From an uncultured Chloroflexia bacterium (GTDB lineage: Bacteria; Chloroflexota; Limnocylindria; QHBO01): a stretch of DNA of 64,000 bases. Of this stretch, positions 10,026 to 20,523 are shown in pieces; within the stretch, counting starts at the first letter, position 1, and each line of letters opens with the position of its first letter. The translations under genes were made by a program, and so were the position numbers. The notes beneath the pieces were generated by a model, which made no database searches, was not told the DNA's origin, and was given only the letters and a program-made list of their open reading frames with translations. The stretch is taken from NCBI GenBank assembly GCA_963807915.1, contig CAWEDO010000001.1:351701-415700 (forward strand), written 5' to 3'.

Positions 10026-11296
10026 CGACGCCCAGGAGATCGGCCGACGCGAGTCGGTCCGCCGCGTCGGCCAGCTCCGCGAAGGGGAGAGCCGATCGTT
10101 CGGCGATGTCGAGCAGCGAGTGGCTCCCGTCGGACTGGTTCAGAACCCACAGCATCGCCAGCTGCTGGCGCGCGGGATCGCCGCCGCCCAACGATGGGTA
10201 CAGCCCCCGGCGCCCGAGCTGCGGTTCACCCTTCGGGGAGAGATTGCGGTAGGTGCGATTGCGCTCGATCAGCTGCAGCACCTCCCAGAGCGTCGTGAGC
10301 GAGTCCGCGAGTCCGTCGGCCGTGATGAACGCGAGGTCATCGGCCGAGGTGTGGTACTCGGGGTATTGGCTGTGCGGCGTCCGGGAGAGACTCCCCACCG
10401 GAAGGTCAAAGCCCGGCGATCCGAACTGCCGCTCGTCGTAGCCGTAGGGCGCAAAGTCCAAGAGGCGAGCCGCACCCGCCTTGGCGCCCAAGACGTGCTC
10501 CATCGCGCAATCGATCTCGGCCTCGCCGCGCCGACTCCGCTTGTACGTGATCCCCCCAGGGTCACCCAGGCATGCCAGCGTCAGCCCGTGGCGGATCGAC
10601 CCCACCTCGGCCTCGTGCTGTGCCAGCCAGGTGATGGCGCCGATGGTTCCGGGCGCGAAGAGGAAGCGGTACGTGTACCGGTGCGGGACTCCGGCGAGCT
10701 CGGCTCGCGAGGTAGGTCGCCACCGCGACGGCGGAGAGGTTGTCGTTGGCCAGCGAGGGGTGGCAGATGTGTGAGGAGATGAGGACCTCGTCCGCGACCT
10801 CGCCCGGCAGCACGCACTCCCCGTACGTCAGCGATCCAGGCGCCAGGGTCGAGTCGATCCGAACGCGATACCGACCCTCGGGCAGCCCGGCGAGCTGTCG
10901 ATGTGCCAGGCAGAAGCCCCACGTCTCCTCGTAGTAGGAGGTGCGATAGGGGATCCAGTCGGGGTGCTCGGGCAGCGAGTGGAGATGGGGTCGAAGCTCC
11001 TCGAGCGTCATCGTGGCGTCGATCGGGATGGAGTAGCTGACGACGTGCAGGTTCGAGTCGCGCAGGTCGACGATGCGGTTTCCCGCCTCATCCTCGATGA
11101 ACGCCTCGCGGATGTTCCATTCACGCGGGACGGTCCAATCCAGCACGGGTGTTCCGGATGGGACCTCGGTCACCTGGAGCGGGATCCGAGCGCCGATCTC
11201 GGCGAGCGTCTGCCGGACGCCGTCGCCGGTGATGCTGCGAGTGATCGGGAAGAGGCGTCGAGCGAGATCGAGCATCGCCTCGCCATCGGGCGTCAT
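10018..11296 (-). CDS. DUF4910 aminopeptidase-like polysaccharide-locus protein; frameshift ~10700
   Basis: RSITGDGVR, DWTVPREWNI, IPYRTSYY, HICHPSLANDNLS, then DERQFGSPG, YHTSADD and PKGEPQLGRRGLY with a wHTH tail in a second frame. Confidence 0.88.
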
Positions 11297-11940
11297 GCGA
11301 GACGCAGTTTCCGCACGTAGAACGCCTCGGCATGCCCGGAGTCGGCTCGGCACTCGATGCCGCGCAGCCTCGCCAGCGCCAGGAAGGTCTCGTCGTTGAA
11401 CCACGGCTTGCTGGCCTGGCTGGGAAATGCACCCCGCAGGTGTGCGAGCTTGCGATCGAGGGTCGGGCGCGCCAGCTCGACGAATGCGCTCGGCGATCCC
11501 AGGTCTCCGTCGAACTTCGGGATCTCGTACTCCAGGATCAGGTGGTCACGAAACGTGTTCCAGGTCAGCTCGGAGACGAGGCGATGATCCTGGTGGCGAT
11601 CGTCGCGGTAGGCGGTGAAGACGACATCTGGCGCAATGGCGCGCCGCCCCATCTCGTCGAAGCGCTCCTTCAGCGGAGCGCCGGCGTACGGCAAATACCC
11701 GTCCCGGAAGTCCGCGACCTCGACCTCAACCCGGTCGCCCAGCAGCTGCTGCGCGCTGGCGCGCGCCTCGTCGGCGCGCTCGGGCGAGGCGCTCAGGATG
11801 ACGAAGCGAAACGTGGCGGAGCTCTCCTCCGCGATGCGGAGCAGGGTCCCGCCGCAGCCGATCTCGATGTCGTCGGCATGCGCCCCGATGGCCAGGATCG
11901 TCGAGGCACCGCTGATCAGCGACCAGCCGATCGGCTTCAT
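11293..11940 (-). CDS. PIG-L/LmbE family deacetylase
   Basis: GAHADDIEIGCGGT, DRHQDH, YEIPKFDGDLG. Confidence 0.9.
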   Translation of the reverse strand: MKPIGWSLISGASTILAIGAHADDIEIGCGGTLLRIAEESSATFRFVILSASPERADEARASAQQLLGDRVEVEVADFRDGYLPYAGAPLKERFDEMGRRAIAPDVVFTAYRDDRHQDHRLVSELTWNTFRDHLILEYEIPKFDGDLGSPSAFVELARPTLDRKLAHLRGAFPSQASKPWFNDETFLALARLRGIECRADSGHAEAFYVRKLRLA

Positions 11941-12723
11941 CGCGGTTCGGCCTTCCAGAGCTCCCACGGCCCGCGTCCCGTCTCGTAGAGCGCGTCGAGC
12001 CGCTCCTTGTCCTTGAAGGTGTCCATCGCCGTCCAGAAGCCGCTGTGGCGCTCGGCGCCCAGGCGACCGGCATCGATGAGTCGGTTGAAGGGCTCGCGGA
12101 CCAGGTCCTCGCCCGGTCGCATGTAGTCGAAGATCTCGCGGCTGCAGGACGAAGTAGCCGCCGTTGATCCAGAAGTCGCTCTCCTCGACCGGCTTGATGG
12201 TGCGAACTGCGCCATCGGCGGCGATGTCGGTCAGGTGGAAGGTCAGGCTCGGGCGCACCGCCATGAAGGTCGCGACGTTGTCGGTGGCCACCGACCGGGC
12301 GATGTAGGCATTCAGGTCGAGGTCGGTCAGCCCATCGGCGTAGTTGGCGAGGAATGGCCCGTCATTAGCCACGTGCTCCCGAACCGCGAGGAGGCGCTCT
12401 CCGATGCTGGCGGTTGGCCCGGTGTCGATCAGGGTGATCGTCCAGTCCTCGATGTCGCTCGCCAGCAGCCGGATGTCAGCCCCACCCCGCGACAGGACGA
12501 AGTCGTTCGAGATCGACTCGTCATAGGACCGGAAGTAGCTCTTGATCACGTCGGCGCGGTAGCCGAGGCAGAGGATGAACTCCTTGTGCCCGAAATGGGC
12601 GTAGTACTTCATCACGTGCCAGAGGATGGGCCGATAGCCGATCGGCACCATCGGCTTGGGGATCGTGTCCGAGTAGTCGCGCAGCCGGGTCCCGAGGCCG
12701 CCGCAGAAGAGGACGACCTTCAT
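11937..12723 (-). CDS. rfbF: Glucose-1-phosphate cytidylyltransferase; frameshift ~12140
   Basis: LFCGGLGTRL, PKPMVPIG, INGGYF, then GFWTAMDTFKD in the alternate frame. Confidence 0.88.
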
Positions 12724-14012
12724 GCGATCACCTCCACGCGAGGGATCGCCACCACGAACTGGCCGCCCCAGTCGCGGACGTAGGCGAGCTGCTCGGTGAT
12801 CTCGTCCCGAAGGTTCCAGGGCATGATCAGGACGTAGTCCGGCCGCGTCTCGGCCAGACGATCCGGGTGATGGATCGGGATGTGCGTGCCGGGCAGGAAG
12901 CGGCCCTGCTTGTAGGGGTTGCGATCGACCACGTAGTCGATGAAGTCGACGCCGATGCCGCAGTAGTTGAGGAGTGTGTTGCCCTTGCCGGGGGCGCCGT
13001 AGCCGGCGATCGAGTGGCCCGCTCGGCGTGCGCCGATCAGGAACTCCAGCAGCCCGCGCTTCGTTTCGCGCACCTGCTCCTCGAAGGTGCCGTAGGTGGC
13101 CAGTTCGCGGTAGCCGGCGGCCTCCTCGGCGGTGCGCAGCGCCGCGACCGCCTCGCTGACGGGCAGCGCCGCATTGCCCGCGTGTCGCCCGTAGATCCGC
13201 AACGAGCCACCGTGGGTCGGCAGCTGTTCCACGTCGAAGAGCGTCAGCCCATGCGCGGCGAAGATGCGCTCCACGGCGAGGAACGAGAAGTACGAGAAGT
13301 GCTCGTGGTAGATCGTGTCGAACTGGTTGCCGTCGATAAGCTGGCGCAGGTGCGGGAACTCAAACGTGGCCACCCCGGCCGGCGCGAGCAGGATCGCCAC
13401 ACCCGCGACGAAATCATTGAGATCGGGAACCTGCGCCAGGACGTTGTTGCCGATCACGAGGTCGGCCGGCGGGCCATCGGCGGCGAGCTGCCGGGCAGCC
13501 TCCGTGCCGAAGAAGGTCACCACGGTCGGAACGCGGCGCTCGATCGCCGCCTCCGCCACGTTGGCTGCCGGCTCGACGCCAAGCACCGGTATCCCGCGCT
13601 CGACGAAGTACTGGAGCAGGTAGCCATCGTTGCTGCCCAGCTCCACGACGAGGCTCCGCTCGTCGAGCCCGAAGCGGGGCGTCACCGCATCGACGTAGCG
13701 GCGAGCGTGCGCCAGCCATGAGTCGGAGTACGCCGAGAAGTAGGCGTACTCGCTGAAGATCGCGGCCGGCGAGACGAACTCCTCGAGCTGGACGAGCAGG
13801 CAGGATCCGCAGACGTAGACGTGCAGGGGGTAGAACGGCTCCATCTGGTTGAGCTGGTCGGCCTGGAGATACGACTCGCAGAGGGGCGACATGCCCAGGT
13901 CCACGAGCGTGACGGTGAGCGGGGCGTCGCAGAAGCGGCAGCGGGGCTCGCGGCCCCCGCCTTGTCCGGGGACTCCGGGCGCCTCGCGAGTTGTCGATGC
14001 ACGGGTGGTCAT
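12720..14012 (-). CDS. NDP-sugar C-methyltransferase (Zn-binding N-terminus, class I SAM)
   Basis: CRFC..DLGMSP, CGSCLLVQ, ELGSNDG, FDTIYHEHFSY, THGGSLR, YGAPGKGNTLLNY. Confidence 0.92.
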   Translation of the reverse strand: MTTRASTTREAPGVPGQGGGREPRCRFCDAPLTVTLVDLGMSPLCESYLQADQLNQMEPFYPLHVYVCGSCLLVQLEEFVSPAAIFSEYAYFSAYSDSWLAHARRYVDAVTPRFGLDERSLVVELGSNDGYLLQYFVERGIPVLGVEPAANVAEAAIERRVPTVVTFFGTEAARQLAADGPPADLVIGNNVLAQVPDLNDFVAGVAILLAPAGVATFEFPHLRQLIDGNQFDTIYHEHFSYFSFLAVERIFAAHGLTLFDVEQLPTHGGSLRIYGRHAGNAALPVSEAVAALRTAEEAAGYRELATYGTFEEQVRETKRGLLEFLIGARRAGHSIAGYGAPGKGNTLLNYCGIGVDFIDYVVDRNPYKQGRFLPGTHIPIHHPDRLAETRPDYVLIMPWNLRDEITEQLAYVRDWGGQFVVAIPRVEVIA

Positions 14013-14587
14013 GGCAGTGCCGGTGCGAGCGCCATTCGACCCCGCAGCTCAGCCTCCATCTCCGCCAGCAGGGCCCATCCTCGGTCGCGATCGCTGATGG
14101 CACTCACCGGCAGCGGCCACGTGATGCCCAGGCGGGGGTCGTCGTGGCGAAGGCCGGCAGCGTCCTGTGGCGCGTAGAACTCGCCGATCAGGTAGCTGGT
14201 CTCAGTGGCGTCGGCCAGGGTCTGGTAGCCGTGCGCGAATCGCTTCGGGCAATACAGCCCGCGTCCGGAGTCGCTGTCGAGCTCGACGGTGACATGCTCG
14301 AGGTAGGTGGGGGACTCCGGCCGCAGGTCGACGATCACGTCGAGGATCGCTCCCCGCGTGCAGCGCACGTACTTCGGTTCGGCCGAGGGAGGGAACTGGA
14401 AATGCAGTCCGCGGAGCGTGCCGCGATGACGGTTGAACGAGACATCGGCCTCTGCAACCGTCGGGTCGAGACCGCGCTCGCGAAACTCGACCTGGGAGAA
14501 GACCCTGGCGAAGAAGCCGCGATCGTCGTCGCGGCGCTCGAGGTCGATGATGAAGGCGCCCGCCAGGCGGGTCTCGGTGAAGATCAC
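14009..14587 (-). CDS. rfbC: dTDP/CDP-4-keto-6-deoxyhexose 3,5-epimerase (RmlC/RfbC family)
   Basis: DDRGFFAR, GTLRGLHFQ, DLRPESPTY, FAHGYQTL, DDP.LGI.WP. Confidence 0.9.
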   Translation of the reverse strand: MIFTETRLAGAFIIDLERRDDDRGFFARVFSQVEFRERGLDPTVAEADVSFNRHRGTLRGLHFQFPPSAEPKYVRCTRGAILDVIVDLRPESPTYLEHVTVELDSDSGRGLYCPKRFAHGYQTLADATETSYLIGEFYAPQDAAGLRHDDPRLGITWPLPVSAISDRDRGWALLAEMEAELRGRMALAPALP

Positions 14588-15657
14588 GACGCTGCTTCGC
14601 CCACGGCGGCGGCCTCCCGAGCGGATCCTGCGGCGTTGCGCCACCGAAGATCGGTGCCGACTTGCCTGGTCCGCAGCAGGTACTGGAGCTGGTCCAAGCG
14701 CGTGAACCCGCGGAAGCCGAAGAGCGCAGCGTCGAGGTCGATCGATGCAAACACGCTGGCCAGCTGCTCCGCACCTGCCTCCGCATCCCATGCGCACCGG
14801 AACCCCGGCAGCACGCTCCCGATCCGGTCGAAGCTGACCCGGTAGCTGCGGTCGTCGCCACCGGGCGGGCCGAACGAGGTCGCGCAGCCTGGAACGGTGT
14901 CGCCGACGATCTCAGCGACCTCGCGGATCCGGTAGTTCTGGGCGTTGCTGCCGACGTTCAGCACCTGCCCATGGATGACCTCGAGCGGCGCTGCGAGGAC
15001 CGCCAGCACGGCGGCGCTGGTGTCGAGGATGTGCACCAGTGGTCGCCACGGAGTGCCATCCGAGGTCATCCGGATCTCGTGCGTTGTCCACGCGATGCCC
15101 ATCAGGTTGTTGAGCACGATGTCGAACCGCATCCGCGGGCTCGCCCCGAATGCGGTCGCGTTGCGCAGGAATGTCGGGTGGAAGGCGTCATCCGCCAGCG
15201 CGCCGACATCCCGCTCCACGAGCACCTTGCATTCCGCGTAGGTGGTCAGCGGGTTGACCGGCGACTCCTCGGTCATCGTCTCGCCGCCGCCGATCCCATA
15301 CACGCTGCACGAGGACATGTAGACAAAGCGCGGCACGCCCGCTGCCCGGGCGAGCCCTGCGAGGTGCAGGCTGCCCCGATGATTGATGTCACGGGTCACC
15401 TCCGGAGCGAGTTGCCCGAGTGGGTCGTTCGACAGCTCCGCCAGGTGCACGATGGCGTCCTGGCCCTCCACCTCGGCGAGGGTCAGGTCACGGATGTCGG
15501 CCACGATCGTGCGCGGGCTCTGCTGGATGCCGGGGTACAGCCAGCCGGCGCGGTAGAAGCCCGTGTCCACGCCGGTCACCGAATGACCGGCGCGCGCGAG
15601 CTCATCGGCCAGCACGCAGCCGATGTAACCGTCCGTCCCGGTGACGAGGATCCTCAT
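14584..15657 (-). CDS. NAD-dependent epimerase/dehydratase
   Basis: VTGTDGYIG, HLAELSNDP, SSCSVYG, YAECK, LRNATAFG, DGTPWRP. Confidence 0.92.
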   Translation of the reverse strand: MRILVTGTDGYIGCVLADELARAGHSVTGVDTGFYRAGWLYPGIQQSPRTIVADIRDLTLAEVEGQDAIVHLAELSNDPLGQLAPEVTRDINHRGSLHLAGLARAAGVPRFVYMSSCSVYGIGGGETMTEESPVNPLTTYAECKVLVERDVGALADDAFHPTFLRNATAFGASPRMRFDIVLNNLMGIAWTTHEIRMTSDGTPWRPLVHILDTSAAVLAVLAAPLEVIHGQVLNVGSNAQNYRIREVAEIVGDTVPGCATSFGPPGGDDRSYRVSFDRIGSVLPGFRCAWDAEAGAEQLASVFASIDLDAALFGFRGFTRLDQLQYLLRTRQVGTDLRWRNAAGSAREAAAVGEAAS

Positions 15658-15978
15658 CGCTCTCCTGCCGTGGCCTTGCTCGCGGGCACCTCACCCCTCG
15701 GCTGCACGAGTGCTCCGGCCCAGAGGGTCGCCCAGCATCTCGGATCGTTCGTCGTGCGTCAACAAGCCTCGGTGGACTGTCGAGTCGCGGCGTTGCCCCT
15801 AGTCAACGCGAGTTGCACCCAAGTTCGGGCCAAGGGAGGTCTGGTCCTACGGCCATGACCTTACGGGAGGACTCCCGGACTCTGACCAATGGGCCAGTGC
15901 CTGCAGGCGGCGCGCATCACAAGGTTGGGGAGGCAGTCCCGCGGCTGTGCCCTGTCCGCACTTGGGAGCTGAGAGCGC

Positions 15979-17319
15979 ATGCGTTACAAGTCGATCCCGT
16001 TGTCCGCCAGGGTCTCGCGCCCATCGCCACCGTCGCGCCAGCAGCCACGGGCCCCCCGACAGGCCGTCGTAAATGCGATCGCCACAGCGATCCTCGTGCT
16101 CCTGCTGCCGGCCGTGATCTACCCGGCCTTCGTCGCTGAGGCTGGCACCCCCACGCTGCGCCTGGTCAGCGCCTCAGTCGCCGGGACAGCGGTCACAGTC
16201 GTCGGCGAGGGCTTTCCGCGCCACGTGAGCATCGCCCTTCGGCTGGATGGTCAGGCCCCGGGTTCAACCGCCACCCGCACCACCACCGACGGGGTATTCT
16301 CCCAGCGGCTCATGATCCCCTCCGACACGCCTCCCGGCTCGCACCTCCTGTCCGCGGGGACCGAGAAGCGTCGCGGCGATCGCAGCTGGACACAACTCGC
16401 TGCCATGGTGCTGATCGTCGCTCAGGCCCCGCTGGCCACCACTTCGGCGTTACCCACCCCGACGGCGGTCCAGCAGCAGACGGCTGCCCCAGCCACGAGC
16501 ACGCCGGTCGCTACCGTGGGAGTGACCGCCACGCCGGGGCAGACGCCCACATCGGCACCAGTCGCCACGCCGGCGCCCGTCGTCACGCCGGCGCCCCCGC
16601 CGGTGACCCCTATCCCGAGCACTCCGCAGCCAACGCCGGTTCCCCCGATCTCCAGCGGCTGGCAGAACATTCTGACCGACAACTTCGACGCCGGCGGAGT
16701 GCCGTCCCATTGGATCCTCTACGACGGACCGTACGGCTCGGGGCCACGCAACTGCGCCACCCCAGCGCACGTCACGGTGTCGGGCGGCTCTATGAGGATG
16801 CTGATGAGTTATGAGTCATCCGGCAAATGCGGTGCCGGGTGGTACACGGGCGGCATGATGGTCGCCGACCAGTACGGCGGAAACGACCAGCGGCTGACGG
16901 TGCGGTTCCGGATCGTCAATGGCGGGGTCACTGGCCACCACGTCATCCCGATGCGTTGGCCCACGAAGGGGACGTGGCCCGCGGCAGGCGAAGAGGATTA
17001 CTGCGAGGGAGACTCGCTCACCGCCTGCACGACGCACCTTCATTACAGCTCGTCGAATTTGCAGATCAGCCACGGCTACGCCTTCGACATGACGCAATGG
17101 CATACGTTGCGTTTCGAGCGCACGAACTTCGTCGTAACGGCCTACATCGACAACATGAGCACCCCGATATGGACCTATCTGGGGTCCGCGACCACCCTAC
17201 CGGACACGTTCAAGCGGACGGTGCTGCAGCAGGAGTGCCAATCGTCCTGCCCTTCGGGCAACACTGGCACCGAGGAGATTCAGATCGACTGGATCGCCAT
17301 TGATCAGCCGGCAGGCTGA
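15979..17319 (+). CDS. Secreted or anchored GH16-like glycoside hydrolase with Ig-like domain and Pro/Thr linker
   Basis: N-terminal hydrophobic segment, long PT-rich linker, ExDxxE catalytic motif (WPAAGEEDYCE), WHT, C-terminal IQIDWI. Confidence 0.75.
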   Translation: MRYKSIPLSARVSRPSPPSRQQPRAPRQAVVNAIATAILVLLLPAVIYPAFVAEAGTPTLRLVSASVAGTAVTVVGEGFPRHVSIALRLDGQAPGSTATRTTTDGVFSQRLMIPSDTPPGSHLLSAGTEKRRGDRSWTQLAAMVLIVAQAPLATTSALPTPTAVQQQTAAPATSTPVATVGVTATPGQTPTSAPVATPAPVVTPAPPPVTPIPSTPQPTPVPPISSGWQNILTDNFDAGGVPSHWILYDGPYGSGPRNCATPAHVTVSGGSMRMLMSYESSGKCGAGWYTGGMMVADQYGGNDQRLTVRFRIVNGGVTGHHVIPMRWPTKGTWPAAGEEDYCEGDSLTACTTHLHYSSSNLQISHGYAFDMTQWHTLRFERTNFVVTAYIDNMSTPIWTYLGSATTLPDTFKRTVLQQECQSSCPSGNTGTEEIQIDWIAIDQPAG

Positions 17320-18314
17320 TCGGACCGCCGGGTTAGCGCGCGCCTGATTCGCCTGGCGAGCGGCTGAATGATCGGGATGCTTCCGAGGCGCCACATCGGG
17401 GAGAGGATCGCGTTCAACCCGAGCATCGAGATCTGACCGAGCGGCCCGGGCCGGAGCCACGGAGCGAGATCGCTTGCCACCGGATCAAGCTCGAGGTCTC
17501 CAGCGGTCACCAGGCGCCGAAGAAGACGCACGTAGGCCGTGCGGCGAAGGCTGACCCAATCAGCCGGGATCCACGGCTTGGCCTTGCCCGCGTTGTGAAG
17601 CAGGACTGTCTCCTTACCGCGATACCGACATTGCAGGCGGTGCAGATCGACCACGTCGACCCCTTCACCTAGTGCCCCGGCCGCAGGGGCTAGGTCGGGA
17701 TCGAGGAGCCGCACGGAGCCAGGCGGAACCTCCGACATGAGCAGCGCGTTGAGCGCGTCCTGATCGCCCTGGGCGGTCGCCGAGTCCCCCTCCTGTTCGT
17801 AGAGGGTCGGGGTGTCCCAAATCTGGCGGCACAGTTCCCACCATCTCTCGAGAAGCTTCGGCCATCGATCCGCAGAAAACGCGATGAAGCCTGCGTTCAC
17901 GTAGGGAGCTCGACGCAGTGGAACTCGCAACCCGAACAGAGACTGCCACTCGGCAAACCACCGTTCGACCTCGGGATCGGGAAAGGCGCAGATGGCCCCG
18001 GCCTCCGCTGCTTCGAGCACGTCGTTGAGAGACGCGGTCACGACCATGTCGCTGTCCAGCAGTACCACGACTCCCGATGGGCTAGTCAGGTAGGGGAACG
18101 GCTTGAACAGTGTCGGATTCCTGGCCTTCGTCCGGTCGTACGGGATGATTGTCGCCGTGCCCGACAGGAGTCGTCGCTGGTCGGCTCGAAGTCCGGTGTC
18201 GAGGATCGTCAGCGGGTGCTGATGCCCTGTGATTCGCAGCGAGTTGATCAACGCAATCGTCCCAACGGCGAAGCGCTCGTCAGTAATCGTGTGGAATACG
18301 ACACGCGCCGCCAC
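17304..18314 (-). CDS. Glycosyltransferase, GT8-like
   Basis: LDSDMVV (DxD), YVNAGF, DQDALN, HNAGKAKPW. Confidence 0.75.
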   Translation of the reverse strand: MAARVVFHTITDERFAVGTIALINSLRITGHQHPLTILDTGLRADQRRLLSGTATIIPYDRTKARNPTLFKPFPYLTSPSGVVVLLDSDMVVTASLNDVLEAAEAGAICAFPDPEVERWFAEWQSLFGLRVPLRRAPYVNAGFIAFSADRWPKLLERWWELCRQIWDTPTLYEQEGDSATAQGDQDALNALLMSEVPPGSVRLLDPDLAPAAGALGEGVDVVDLHRLQCRYRGKETVLLHNAGKAKPWIPADWVSLRRTAYVRLLRRLVTAGDLELDPVASDLAPWLRPGPLGQISMLGLNAILSPMWRLGSIPIIQPLARRIRRALTRRSDQPAG

Positions 18315-18316
18315 TG

Positions 18317-19336
18317 CTAGGAACGATCGACCCGAAGAAGTCTGTTAGCCGCGCGAAGTGCCCACCGAGGTGCGATAAGAGCCGCCCCGGCGACGAGCAG
18401 GTGCCGTGGTGTCAGCACGGATCGTCGACGTGCGCGCCACGCGCGTCGAACGTCGCGCCATGCTCCGCGCCGCCCTTGTCCACCATGAAGGAGTCGATGC
18501 TGTGCTGCGCGCTGGAGGTGGGACATAGCAATGGCATCCGCGATCCAGTCTCGCTCGTGCTCTGTTACCGACCCGCGAAGCCGCACGTGAGCCGCGAGTC
18601 CGACTCGCAGCCCTCGCTCGAGGATCGTTTGCTCGCTGTCTTCAACCCGCTCTGCACGCTGACGGGCACGCTGATCCGAGTTGCTTCGCTGGGTGTAGAT
18701 AAGTACTCGCCTCCGGACATACCGGACCGGCCCGACAGCTGCCATGCGCATCGCGAGCTCGATGTCGCACGCTGGGCCGGCCGAGGGGTCGAAGAGACCT
18801 CCCGCCCGATATGTCGCCTCGCGTGAGAACGCGATCGAGCCGATGTTCCACGGCGGTTGCCCCTCCCGCGTTATGACGCGCATCCATGAAGTCGCGTCGT
18901 AGTCCCCCTGAGCGATCGAGGAAAGGCGCTGGTAGAAGCGCCATGTTGCGGCGGCTGGTTGGCCGTCCACATCAATGCGGGCGCATTCGCCCACGACCAT
19001 GACCGGAGCGCCACCCTGCTCAATGCTTCGCGCGAAGGTTTCGAGGGCATTGGGCAGCAGGCGATCGTCCGCGCCCATCGGTATGAGCCATGCGCCGCCG
19101 CACAGCCCGGCCGTGCGGTTGAAGTTCTCGAACACATCGGACGCATTCGGCCACCGATGGCCGCGGACCGGCAAACCAAAGCGCTCGGCGATCGCCGCGG
19201 TATCGTCGGTTGACGCGTTGTCGCCGATGACGAGCTCCCAGTCCTGGAATGTCTGGCCCTGCACACTCGCAATCGCGCCGGGCAGCCAGTCTGCCTCGTT
19301 CCGCGCGGGAATGAACACGGAGAACATCGGGGCCAT
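18317..19336 (-). CDS. Glycosyltransferase family 2
   Basis: SVFIPARN, DNASTDDT, NFN, GADD, D.EL..R. Confidence 0.85.
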   Translation of the reverse strand: MAPMFSVFIPARNEADWLPGAIASVQGQTFQDWELVIGDNASTDDTAAIAERFGLPVRGHRWPNASDVFENFNRTAGLCGGAWLIPMGADDRLLPNALETFARSIEQGGAPVMVVGECARIDVDGQPAAATWRFYQRLSSIAQGDYDATSWMRVITREGQPPWNIGSIAFSREATYRAGGLFDPSAGPACDIELAMRMAAVGPVRYVRRRVLIYTQRSNSDQRARQRAERVEDSEQTILERGLRVGLAAHVRLRGSVTEHERDWIADAIAMSHLQRAAQHRLLHGGQGRRGAWRDVRRAWRARRRSVLTPRHLLVAGAALIAPRWALRAANRLLRVDRS

Positions 19337-19543
19337 AGAAAGCGACGGTACCTCCAGGACCACGGTCACCGGCATGCAAGGCCTGAACGCAGGGCGGCCA
19401 GGACCGCTCCCCGGGTGCGCCTGGCTCAGGGACATGCCAGGGCAGCCCCATATCTTGCCGATCGTTCCCAACCGGCGCAAATAGACAATGCCGACTCGGG
19501 CAGCCCGACGGTGCCGCCACGCAACGGGATTCCGACAGGAGAT

Positions 19544-19572
19544 TTGACCCTCTAGGACTTTCGTACTATGGT
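19544..19572 (+). promoter_or_regulatory. Sigma70-type promoter for the GT2-GT2-flippase genes
   Basis: TTGACC (19544-19549), 17-bp spacer, TATGGT (19567-19572) in an AT-enriched intergenic region. Confidence 0.6.
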
Positions 19573-19686
19573 CGATTTCCAGCGACCAAGGCTCCCGAAT
19601 CCATATTGAGCACCCGCTGACCACCCAGCCGCGTCGCCGGCGCGCCCTCCGGCGGGCTCCGGCGACGGCTAGAGGGAATAGCCTCC

Positions 19687-20487
19687 GTGCCCGTCTCCCA
19701 CCCAGTTGCCGCACCCGGGAATCGGCATTCCCTGCATAGCCCGGAGCGCCCGCAAGGGCTCTCGCGGGTTAGCGTCGTGATTCCGGCAAAGGACGAGGAG
19801 CGCAACATCGCGTGGGTACTGAGGCGGATGCCACCGAGCGTGGACGAGGTCATCCTCGTCGACGGGTTATCGCGAGATGCGACGATCGACGTTGCGCGCC
19901 TGGTGATGCCACAGGTGGTCGTGATTCATGAACTCAAGCCGGGCAAGGGCAACGCGCTGGCGGCGGGCTTTGCGGCTGCGACAGGTGAGATCATCGTAAT
20001 GATCGATGCTGATGGAAGCATGGACCCCGCGGACGTGCCACGCTTCATCGAGGCGATTCGTGAAGGGAACGACGTCGCGAAGGGCTCCCGCTTCCTGCCC
20101 GGCGGCGATACGCAAGACATGACGCCGATGCGCCGCATTGGACATTTTGGTCTCCTCCACCTCGCCAACCTGCTGTACGGAACCCGCCACACGGACCTGT
20201 GCTACGGGTACTTGGCCTTCCACCGGCAGGCCCTCGCGTCGCTGTCCGTATCGGCCGCTGGGTTCGAGATCGAGATGCAGCTCGTGGCACGCACGTCGAT
20301 CGCCCGGCTCAGCGTGGTCGAGTTGGCGAGCGTCGAGTACGCCCGTCGCAACGGTGCATCGAATCTGCGGGTCATGCGGGATGGCTGGCGCGTGCTCTGG
20401 ACCATGCTGCGGGAGCTCCGCTGGCGCCCCGCACTGGCTGTCCCCGTGAGGGACGGGACGCTGCGGGCCTCTGAACCTCAGAGCTGA
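19687..20487 (+). CDS. GT2, polyprenol-phosphate glycosyltransferase (DPM1-like)
   Basis: SVVIPAKDEE, VDGLSRDAT, GKGNAL, IDADGS, GSRF, TDLCYGY, GFEIE. Confidence 0.9.
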   Translation: MPVSHPVAAPGNRHSLHSPERPQGLSRVSVVIPAKDEERNIAWVLRRMPPSVDEVILVDGLSRDATIDVARLVMPQVVVIHELKPGKGNALAAGFAAATGEIIVMIDADGSMDPADVPRFIEAIREGNDVAKGSRFLPGGDTQDMTPMRRIGHFGLLHLANLLYGTRHTDLCYGYLAFHRQALASLSVSAAGFEIEMQLVARTSIARLSVVELASVEYARRNGASNLRVMRDGWRVLWTMLRELRWRPALAVPVRDGTLRASEPQS

Positions 20488-20523
20488 AACCCGTTCGACT
20501 CGGCCCACGGGCATAATCGGTCG

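Noticed and set aside
11293-12723. Apparent cytidylyltransferase-PIG-L fusion (476 aa) in the ORF track
   Set aside because: Artefact of the indel near 12140. The true rfbF C-terminus is in another frame ending at 11937, and PIG-L has its own ATG at 11940.
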